DNA of 64,000 nucleotides, taken from NCBI GenBank assembly GCA_001599295.1, contig BCGN01000001.1, forward strand, positions 248,001-312,000, in the 5' to 3' direction. Origin of the DNA: Sporopachydermia quercuum (taxonomy: Eukaryota). Under the pieces are notes generated by a model, which saw nothing but the letters and a program-made list of their open reading frames with translations, did not search any database and was not told where the DNA came from. The position numbers and the translations under genes are program-made. This document shows positions 45,690-55,829 of this stretch, in pieces (position 1 is the stretch's first letter; each line of letters starts with the position of its first letter).

Positions 45690-46169
45690 ATGATGACAGA
45701 TGATAAATCAGTACTTAAACAGCACCTGGTCAACAAAAGCAGTTTGGACTCAGTTTTACCAGAAAACAAATTCAATTTTATAACCAAATCCACAGGTATC
45801 TCTGTAGCAGATTCGCGAATTTTGTACAAATCACTCGCTGTTGAACGCGAAAAACAACTGAAAGCTGTTGTAAATGATATAGATCAGTTTTGCGATGATT
45901 TGATATTAGCCAATGAGGGTCAAGAAGTGCACTCCTCATCAACGTTACAAGACCTTGAAAATATCAACGAAAATTTGAAAGCTTTGAATAGTCAACTTCC
46001 ATTTATAATTGACCAGTTAGAGAAACAATCTGTTCTGGAATTGAAGCAACTTGAGGAAAAAGTAGATGACCTCACTGATCTTAAGTGTGGGAATCCAAAA
46101 AGTTACACATCAATCGAAGATGCAAAACAAGAGCTAAGAATGTTACAGAACATATATCTTAAGCATTGA
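45690..46169 (+). CDS. NKP2: Inner kinetochore subunit Nkp2/Cnl2
   Basis: SVLKQHLV..SSL..VL...F, RILYKSL...R, coiled coil and DDLTDLKCG resemble the Cnl2/Nkp2 family. Convergent with TAD3 as in S. cerevisiae. Confidence 0.75.
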   Translation: MMTDDKSVLKQHLVNKSSLDSVLPENKFNFITKSTGISVADSRILYKSLAVEREKQLKAVVNDIDQFCDDLILANEGQEVHSSSTLQDLENINENLKALNSQLPFIIDQLEKQSVLELKQLEEKVDDLTDLKCGNPKSYTSIEDAKQELRMLQNIYLKH

Positions 46170-47310
46170 TTTCGTCGACTATACTTGGAATTGTCAATGA
46201 GCCATCATTGACCCATTTCCAAGCTTCATAATGCCAATTGAGATTTTCACAAGCGTGAATTCCCCAACTATTCCCACTAGTAGCCTCTAATCCACCGGTA
46301 TGAGTACTGGTGTTGATATAGAAGATCCTTTGGATTCTTGAATGAACTAATGCCATACAACACATTACGCAAGGTTCATGTGTCGTGTAAACATCAAAGT
46401 TCAGGCATAAATATCCCGATGTGTTTCCATGGTTGCTTTTGCTTTCGTCCTTGGTGTCATACTCTTGTTGTTCCTTGAGATTCCTTTCTTGCTCACTAAC
46501 ATGCTCTATACATCTCATTATACTATGAGCAAGAGGATTAGAGTCATTTCTACCGTCTGATTCGGCTGCTTGAATATTACCACTCTCATCAACCATAATG
46601 GTAGCAATCCCTAACCCACCGTTCAGTGCCTGGTTTCCTGCTAATTCAGCTGCTTTCTTCAGATGCACCTTCACTCTTTCAATATTTATATCAACTTGCA
46701 TCAAACTCTGGGTTTCAGGATTTCCTCTCCAACTCATTGGCCAATGAATTTCGCTCCATTGTTTACTTTCTTCCTTAGTAAGAGGTGCATACTTCGGTAC
46801 ATTCACTATCTCCATTTTGCTAGCTTCTGGATAAACTTGCCGTATGAATTGTAGTGCTTCCTCAACTGTTGGTATACATTCTTGCGAACAAAGCAGAAAC
46901 TCAAGATTTGGAGGGTTTCGATTGACAAATTTGTTTAAATGATTCAATGCAATCGGATCCTTTAGTTGTTTTTGATGGCTACCAGTATTAGTAAGATTGA
47001 TATATGTGGAGATACTCACAATAGAAATAATTCAAATAATTCCGCTTACCTTAGGATTTTTGATGATTCCTGTGCTGGTATTTCTGTTTTCCATGCAGGT
47101 ACTGCACTATGTTAGAGCAAATATACTTCTATAAATTTTTTTTTTTTTTTTTTTTCTTTCTTGATTAAAGCATTCATAATTTTTTCACAGACAATACTTA
47201 CTTAGCTCTAAGTGATACTTCTGAGTCAGAGATCGTATTTTCAGAAGCTTGTTATCTATCAGACCTTTTGATATATCAACCGAAAGTCCATTTTTTGTTT
47301 CGGTAGTCAT
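46159..47310 (-). CDS. TAD3: tRNA adenosine-34 deaminase non-catalytic subunit Tad3, 3 exons
   Basis: HWPMSWRGNP, PLAHSIM (no catalytic Glu), YLCLNFDVYTTHEPCVMCCMALVHSRI. Exons 47310-47202, 47101-47050, 46978-46159. Introns 47201-47102 (GTAAGT..CTAAC..CAG) and 47049-46979 (GTAAGC..TACTAAT..TAG). Frame checks out. Confidence 0.93.
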
Positions 47311-48041
47311 TTTATATGTTGTGAGAATGATTCTAATGCTAGGTATGCTCCATCTGTGTGAAAACAATGATAAACTACTGTTTGAAAAGACATCACCGTC
47401 ATCCGAAAAAAATAAGAGCTTAGATAGAGATAATGAAATAACTATTAATCACTAGAAATGCCGTGGTTGTCACAGTCAATTTCCATGCCATAGCCTTTTA
47501 ATAGTATCTCAATTCTGATTGTTGAATACCTCTTCACTTGATAGTGCTCTTATGGTTCTCCCAGGTGACAGCTTATATTTCAATAAAGCTTCTCCTGGAC
47601 TTTGTTTCCAATGTAGCAGTGCCCCAGCTAATAGTGAAATGTATAATATTGTATACTACCAGAGGTCTATCAACTCAAGCGCTTTTGTTCAATCTCTGCT
47701 GAATATTCAGATTAGCAATCCTAACATAACATTGACCCGGAACTTGTTCTAGTGGACAGAATTTACTCAAACTTCGCACTAAATTATCCTCATTAAACTC
47801 CAAAGTCACACCTACTATTATCCAGCTTCCCAATAAATATTTTCCAAGCTTCATCATCCTAAAAGTTATCAGTTATTCTAGTAAAACAACTACAAAAGAA
47901 AGTTGCTTATCATATTATTATACACACAAAGTGAAAAAAAAAAAAATATTAGAAAAATAAAGTTGCACAATAGTAGGTATGCCAAGTGTATGAAAACTTT
48001 ATCCCATATCAGGGTACTTGTTCTCGTAAACGCAAAACACA

Positions 48042-48105
48042 CACGAAATCTTTTCTCATTCTATCTAAAACACGAAAAGTGATAGTTTTCTTTTTATCAC
48101 GTGAC
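48042..48105 (+). promoter_or_regulatory. EST2 upstream SCB-like sites and Cbf1-type E-box
   Basis: CACGAAA 48042-48048, CACGAAAA 48071-48078, ATCACGTGAC 48096-48105. Confidence 0.45.
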
Positions 48106-48299
48106 TAATTTTATTATTTTACTACTCGATTCATCTTTTCTATTTTGGAAGAGATGTCTATTATATGTTCTTACAATGCAATGTTTTATTATGATCTTAC
48201 TTTTTATAACAATAAGTGAGAGGTTGTTTCATGAATTCAATATTCGTTATAAACAAATAAGGGTAGACGCTGACGGCATGCCAGTACATATATATAGTA

Positions 48300-51200
48300 A
48301 TGAGCATAAATATAGTGCTATTGAAAGAGTATCTTCTAGCGAGACATGGCATCGGAGAGCATGAGCTTCTCATCAGTAAGAATAACTGTGCAAAGACAGT
48401 GGGATTTGACAGGTTTGATATTAGAAATGTGTTAAATTCCACTCTTGTAATTAGAACCTCAATATCTAATAAAAATGTATCAATTCCAAACCACTTGGAT
48501 CATGACGAATTTGTTGAATCTTGCATAAGGAAATTGTTATCTGGCAAGGCTTCGAATGTGTTAACTAATGGATATTCGATCACAGGTTCAAACCCAACCG
48601 GCTTGTTATGTAAAGACACTAATTTGTCAGTTAACCTACTAAAATCACTACCATGGGAAATAATTCGCAACCGTGTTGGTGATAGAGTAATGATTGATTT
48701 ATTGTTCAACTGCACAATGCTGATAACCAACGGTGTTGAAAGTAAAGGTTTCACTCAAATATCGGGACCGGAGTTACGGGAGAAATTTAAGCCAGAAGTG
48801 AAAAAACATCCAAAAACAAAAATTGTATTTCAACCAGTCTCGAGACGTTCATTTATGTATAACAGAACACTAAACATTGATATTAATTTGTTGTTGGGAA
48901 TAGGCAATACCAACAGTAGTCGTACAACATCTACTACTGCTTCAACGGCTTTTGCTAAACATCTTGCCGGTAAGATATTTGAAACTTTCTATCAAAAATC
49001 TGAAATAGCTACAAAGGAACGAAACTGGGGTTTGATTAGAGTACCTAAAACTATCAGACCCTTATTACCTTTGTTACAGCAGTTAATTATCAAACATCAG
49101 CAATATAGATATTTGCATAAATTAAGAGAAACGTGTCCGGCACTGAATAAAATTAGCTATTCTGGAAATACATATGATTATATTACGAAACAATATCAGG
49201 TAATTAATTATTGTCTGCAGGTAATCGATGCTATAGTGCCGTTTGACTTTATTGGTAGCAAATATAACAAACGTATACTTGCTAAAGGTATATTTTCCTA
49301 TTTAACCGGTAATTATACCCAAGATATGTGCTTGAATGATTTGGTGAATAGTTTCAGAATAACAGAAATGACATGGTTGACTAAGACTAGGAATAACACC
49401 AATAAAGCCACTACTGTTCCTTCCAGAAGATCATGGTCAAAAGACCAATTCATGAGAAATAAAGAACTATTGCACTGTTTCATTCGATGGCTATTTCAGT
49501 CGTTCATTACCAAGCTTGTGTCATCTTATTTCTATGTTACTGAAGGAGCTTCGCTGTCAGGAGTTGCATTGTTCTTTAGAAAAGATATTTGGATGAGAAT
49601 CTCAAGAGAGTTTTTTCATACTTATATCGCGAAGCATTTGAAACCAATAGTCACTAGTTCAGGAACAAGATTCATCAATGAGTTGAATAGCAAGCCAGGT
49701 GGCTTTAGAATTGTTCCAAAGCCAACAGGTTTTCGTTTTATAGCAAAGCCATCAATGACAAGGGTAAGTAACATGGGAATAAAAAAAGAAAAACAAAAAC
49801 AAAAAGGCCTGCTATTGACTTCACTATTGGCTTCGCTATGCCAATAGCTATTTTTAAAACTAAATTACTAACATTCAATAGGTGCAACAAGTATCCCAAC
49901 AATCGATGAACTGGTATCTGAAAGCGGCGAAGCTTGTGTTGAAACATGAACGAAAAATGAGAGTTGGTAACTATAGGCCATCGTCTTCACTATCAGATGT
50001 TTATCCTATCATTTCGTCTATCCAAGACGTCTATGAACAATTAGAAACATTCAAAGTGAGAATTATGAATCATCACCAACGCAATGACAGCACATTCACT
50101 GGATCCAATAATAACAAAACTTTTCCTAAGCTATATTTCACCAAGTTTGATGTCAAATCATGTTTTGATTCAATGAGCACTAATAAGCTTAAGCATTTAT
50201 TGTCATCAACTTTCAAGTCGTCTGATTATTCATTTAGGTCAATAATGAAACTGAATAACGCGAGAGCGCAGTTTGGGGACTATGTTATTGATACTAATAA
50301 CATCAAGAATAATATTTACAACAACTATGCTACAACAATATTACAGTCCGTACCATCGGCTCAAGACTCAACAGTGATAGTTGATTCAGTATATTCAAAG
50401 TCTATCAACAGGGATCTGTTACTACTATCTTCATTGGCTGCCATTGATGATTCATCTATCAAAATAGGTACTAAACAATATGTTCGTAACAAAGGTGTCT
50501 TTCAAGGCTCTTCCTTATCCTCAAGTCTTTGCAATTTACTATATGACGACTTAGTTCATAACTGTTTCGAAATTGATGAACTAAATAGTAACAACTGTCT
50601 GATTCTAAGGGTTGTTGATGATTTCTTAGTAATAACAACCGAGGAGCTCATTACTTTGAAAGTGTTGGAGTTGATACTAAAAGGATTTGATAGTTATGGG
50701 GCATTTATAAATGAGGATAAGACTGAGTTGAACTATTATATTGTTTACGAGAGAAACAATAAGTTGGTCAGAAGAAATGAAGTCCAGGCTATCAAATTTT
50801 TTGGAATTAATGTCAACACAACTAATCTGGGAATCGGGAAAAGAACTGAAGATTTCCCACTAACAAGTAAGTAAAGAATGGGGTTTTGGGCAGCTTTTTG
50901 TTGACTGTGAGAAGCTTCTATGTATTTTGTTCTATCGCATTTTCATGTGGATAGTAATACTAACTATATTGCCCTCATTAGAACTTCAATTTACATCTCC
51001 GAAGGAGCTGTTGAACAGGCTATTTTTGTATGTTACTTGTTATAATAATAATTAAAAGCTATATGTGAGGAAAACAGATGCCCGATGATCCTCTCATTAC
51101 GATATATGATATATTGCATCATTATGCAGATAATTATCATTATTACTTTGAGGGCTACCATTGCTTGTTGCTGTTTTCTCCTTAAAGTTAATCTTCTTGA

Positions 51201-51771
51201 TGATATTATATTCTGTTGTTTGCTCTGACTGATTATATGATGGACTTACTAACATGTTAGTTTATCTGGCGTCCGCCTATCAAAATACCTCCTAACAAGA
51301 GCAATTAATTCTCGAAAAGCAATACAAACAAACATTTTTCATATAACTGTCTCCTTGCTTGATCAGTTGAAAGTTTGGTTAAAGTATTCTAATGGGTTCA
51401 GTCAGGAGGGTAAAAAAGGCATGTTCGACTGTAAGTATTGCTTCATATTGGTCGCTAAAGATGTTTATAGTGTTAATTATGAAAAGAATATTAATTATAA
51501 TACGAAGACGATCTGAATATTGGTTGATATTCATATTTCTTGACGCGCGTGAATTCAGGAGTATTATTTATACTAACAATTACATCATTTAGATTTCATC
51601 AAATCTTTCTTTAAAATGTGTATAAGGAAGTTCACTAGATTGAACAAAATACTGTTGACCACAGGACTGATTCAAATGATTAAATGCATTATTGTCAAAG
51701 CTTTTGGTTATTCGATTGGCAGAAATAGTGACTGCTATTCAGTAAAAATGTTGTTAGATAGTTGCTATTGA
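48300..51771 (+). CDS. EST2: Telomerase reverse transcriptase (TERT), 5 exons, ~947 aa
   Basis: TEN (NVLTNGY, W..I..RVG...M..LL, FTQISG), CP (LRETCP), QFP, T motif (YFYVTE...FFRKDIW), motifs 1/2 (FRIVPK, FRFI), A (KFDVKSCFD), B' (GVFQGSSLS), C (LRVVDDFL), D, E (FFG). Exons 48300-49763, 49882-50866, 50982-51027, 51261-51430, 51593-51771. All four introns are GT(A/T)...TACTAAC...TAG and preserve frame. Confidence 0.96.
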
Positions 51772-52109
51772 TGTTTCAGTGGATGGTATTACGAGCATAG
51801 GTTTGAATAGTATAGTACCTACACTATATGGTTGATAGAAAGTGTTATCGCTGTTACATTGTAACAGGTTGATGAAAACAAATTGGCTGATCAAGCCTTA
51901 GTAGATAACCAGAGAAAAGAAGTTACTTATTGAGAAAGACCTGTTTCTGTCTCATTTTTATGAACACTCTTATCATCCTCATATTGAATGAAAATATGCA
52001 CGTTCCAATTACTACTGTACACAGGTATCCAGACTACCTATCACTGAAGCTTCAACATATACAATGAGTTTCACCTCTTCCACAATACAGTATCTCATCA
52101 TTATGTATT

Positions 52110-54992
52110 CTACTGGGCTATTGGAGGTCTAAACAAAGGACTCTTCAGATTTTTCTCATCTTGTAGCTGACGACGTCTTTCAATTTCTTCAACTCCCCCT
52201 GATTTCTTTAACTTTCCTTCTCCCACAAACTCTTCAAGTTCTTCCTCAAACTGGTCTTGTAGAGTAACCAAAAGTTTCTTCTGTCTTAACTTCTCTGTCC
52301 TTTCAATAGCTTCTAGTCTACTAGCGTGATCTGGTTGCAATGCTGCTACCTCTCCTAACAATGCATCTCGCGTTTCTTTCTCCGTTCCCGGTTCAATTAA
52401 TGGTAGAATAACTAAAGGATTCTTGTTGCTGGAGGAAGGAGTGTTTTTCATTTGTTCTGCACAGCATTCTTCAATCAGTCCTAATGTCTCGCTAGCTTTC
52501 TCCAAATCTTCAGCTAAATCTTTTGCTAAATCTTCCTGTAATTTGAAGAACTCCTGTTCTTCGCATACAATTCGTAACTCTTTCTCCCATACTTTCTTCC
52601 AGTTTGCTTTCTCCGAAGTGATATAGTGCTGCATGGTCTCCAGTGCTTCTTTTGCTTTCGTGATGTCTTTGCCGACAATTGCAATCTGTTTAGGAGCCGG
52701 GCGAACGCCTCTCTGAGCAACGTCTTTTCTAAGTGCTTCTACTAAATCCTGTACATCATCAACCGTAGTTAGAAGGTCATCTGACTCTTTAGATAGTTTA
52801 GAATGACATTGCTCCATGTACACTCTTCCTTCTGAAGGCAGCCACTTCTTTGTTGAGCTTGGAACAGGATTAAGATTTTTAATAGCTGAAAGTTTAGCAA
52901 AAATATCCGTAAATGTTGCAGTTGTGTTTGACTTGACTGTGTTGTTTATCTGCTTGATGACGGTTAGTTCATGCTTTAGTTCGCTTAGTTCTGTGAGTAA
53001 AGGTTGTTTCTTGATGGTGTTTGTATCAGCAACAGGAACAGTAATAGAGTCAGTAGAAGCAGTCGTGGACTTGGTAGAGTCAACTGACTTTTCTGAGTTT
53101 TTCTCCCTGTTGGTAACTTCATCAAGTTTGGTCTCCATTTTTGACATTCGGTCGACAAGCTGTTCGAACATATCCGCTATTTGCATGTTGCTGATATTGG
53201 TACTTTGATCGTTTCCAGTATTGCTATCACTTCCCCCGTTTTCAAATCTCAGCTCCAAAAGTACTCTGTCTAGCAGTCCAGTCTCCAATTCGTTTTTGGT
53301 CAATTGATAGAAAATATGACTCATTGGATCTTGAGCATAAATATTTTCTTCACTTAAATCTTGCATTGAGTCGTTGATCTCGCTGAACTTCTGCTTGAAC
53401 AGCTGTATTATCTCCTTTAGGGTCAATTTAGATCCGGAAAGTCCTTCTTTGCTCAAATAAACTTTCAATACTTTACTCTTAACCTTCATGAACATTATTT
53501 CCAAAGGTGTATCGTGGGCTGTGGATGCAGAAGTATTGAATGATTCATCTTTGTTGGGAAAAGCTATTGGTGCATATTGAGTCAACGATGGTGATGTTGT
53601 GTCATTGATAACGATAGTTGGTGCTATGTTGGTGATATTAGAATCATCATTATATCTGTCATTTCTATTACTGCTTCCTGCCAGTTCAGTGTGTTCCCCA
53701 TTTTCTCTGTTTCCTTGCTGCGATTTAATCTCAGGAACAGGTGGAGTGGATGTCACTGAGCCATCACTGACAAGATATTTATCGATAACTTCTTTTCCAG
53801 TAGAAGGGTTGCTTAGTTTCGCTAGCTGGTAAGCGGAAAATCTTCTGGACGCTCTTCTTTTGAGAAACTCACCTTCTTGAAGCTGGCTCAGAGCATCTTT
53901 GCGATAAGGTGAATGAGGATTAGAAGTGAGCATTTGATCTGAAGTGGAGATATGTTTTGATGTATTTCTATGTAGAGGAACTGGAGGACCCCGTGTCTGT
54001 TGCTGCTGTTCCTCAGCACTGAAGGATTCATTAGAAGCTTTTCTTTCATCATCCACAGCATTCTTCCTTGTTTTCTGACACCTGATTTCTGAGTCACGTT
54101 TACTTATTGTGGGTGGTTGTGATTGACCTGGCGGTGACACTCTTCTACTATTGGCAGTATTAGAACCGCTCATGGAGCCAAGAGAACTACTAGATGAAGC
54201 AGTACTAGGGACTGAGCCAGTTCCGGTAGAGCCTGTGGATCCCGTTGAGTTTGAAGAGGCCTCTTTAGCTATAGATTTTAAACTATTTTGTTTCAGCTTG
54301 AGGTTGTTAAGTAATGTTACTATAATGGTTCTAATTTTTGGTAAAAACTTGTCAAGGCTTTCCTGAGACGCAGGTTCGCATAGCGCTTCTTCTAAAATTA
54401 GTCGCAGAGCGTGAGGAACGTCACCTAGGTCACTGGGTTTGTTAGTAAAACTAAGATAATCAGAAACAGTTTGCAATCAATATAGCAATGCAAGTCATTT
54501 AAACATTATAAAATAAGACTTCTCAACTTTTATGTTGGAAGCGCAGAACAGTAGTAAAGAAACTACACAGAGAAGAGAGCCGACTCCTTGCTGATAAGCT
54601 TATTATCGCCGCTAATCATATGTGCATTCCTTCTGATATTATCACCAAATATCTATTTTTTCTGACTCTTTCGTTACATACGCCACGTCAATTCCTGCAT
54701 GAGAAAATGCTCTGCAAGCTACTTTGAACTCATTTCCGAGTAGCACATAAGCGTCGGATACATCAGTCTCACTGGCTTCACCTTTGGCCCAATGAGTGAG
54801 TGTCTCTAGAAGTTGTTTTGTAGCTACAAGCATTCTTGTAGCACTAGATTCAATAGTGCTCATCTAGGTATTAGTTAGTATACGCTGAGCTTTCAATAAT
54901 GTGCCTATATACTACAATTGAATCGAAATGATACTTACGCTTTGCCTGCTCACTCTAGAGTGATGACTGCTGTGTTTCGAATAGTTGGGCAT
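52110..54992 (-). CDS. BUD6: Actin- and formin-interacting polarity protein Bud6/Aip3, 3 exons
   Basis: IESSATRMLVATKQLLETLTHW, DLGDVPHALR, LKRRASRRFSAYQ, VDDVQDLVEALRKDVAQRGVRP, WKKVWEKEL..VCEEQEF. Exons 54992-54939, 54863-54682, 54432-52110 with canonical introns. Confidence 0.94.
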
Positions 54993-55471
54993 TATACGGT
55001 GAGTGAAAGTGGGTGTTCCTGTTCTGTTGTGTACGAAATTCGTTCTTGTCAATTTGTGTTTCAATGCAATTATTGTACCTTATGTATATCCTTCAATGCA
55101 ATGTTCAGTAAGTCCGTTGATATCTCAGNGTTTTCAGCCATACAGTTCTTCGAAGCTCTGAAACGTATAAGTACGACCATAGGTAAAGCGACATAACCAG
55201 ATTTGGGTTCATCAAACTGTCTCAAAATCTCAGCGGTCACCAAACCAGTGCTACTAGTCAAATATATACACCTTTCAGCCTTATGATTCCCTATTCTGGT
55301 TTTCCAATTCTCCTGTCTTCTATGAATGCCATTGATAAGAAGAAATCGGTAGAAACGGCTCTGTGAGTATGTAGATTTGAGATGGACACAAACTTGTAAG
55401 GGACGACACAAGAGCATAAAATGATACACAAAAGACGAGAAGAGAACTAAGATATAGCCATAATTGGAGTG

Positions 55472-55535
55472 AGACGCGATGTACCCATCACGTGATTATT
55501 ATTTCAATCACGTGAAATACGAAATGTTCGCGTCT
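55472..55535. promoter_or_regulatory. Symmetric element in the divergent BUD6/MMS22 promoter: two CACGTG E-boxes flanked by MCB-like ACGCGA/TCGCGT
   Basis: AGACGCGA 55472-55479, TCACGTGATT 55488-55497, AATCACGTGA 55506-55515, TCGCGTCT 55528-55535. Confidence 0.6.
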
Positions 55536-55829
55536 TGTAAATCTAGCAAAATGAGTTTTGGTGTAACAAAACCAGATTATTATTGGCTGTGTGAGTAGTT
55601 CACATAATTATAGCTTAAGAATTATTAGTAATCTATATTGGTTATTTATATGGATAGCTAGTATTTGAAATACAGTCAAGCGAATAAGATCACGTTGTGT
55701 TTTTCTCATAGAACCTCAATATTGTAATTGGTATTTATTTCATAACGCTATAAGCTATGATTTGTATTACAAACTCATCAGATTCCATATAGCATCCAGT
55801 GTAGAGTTGCAAGAGTGTATTCTTACACT

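Noticed and set aside
49882..50874. Stand-alone reverse transcriptase or retroelement
   Set aside because: It is exon 2 of EST2, bounded by canonical splice sites and preceded by telomerase-specific motifs.
55070..55429. 119-aa minus-strand ORF upstream of BUD6
   Set aside because: Non-ATG start, no homology cues, lies in the promoter/5' UTR.
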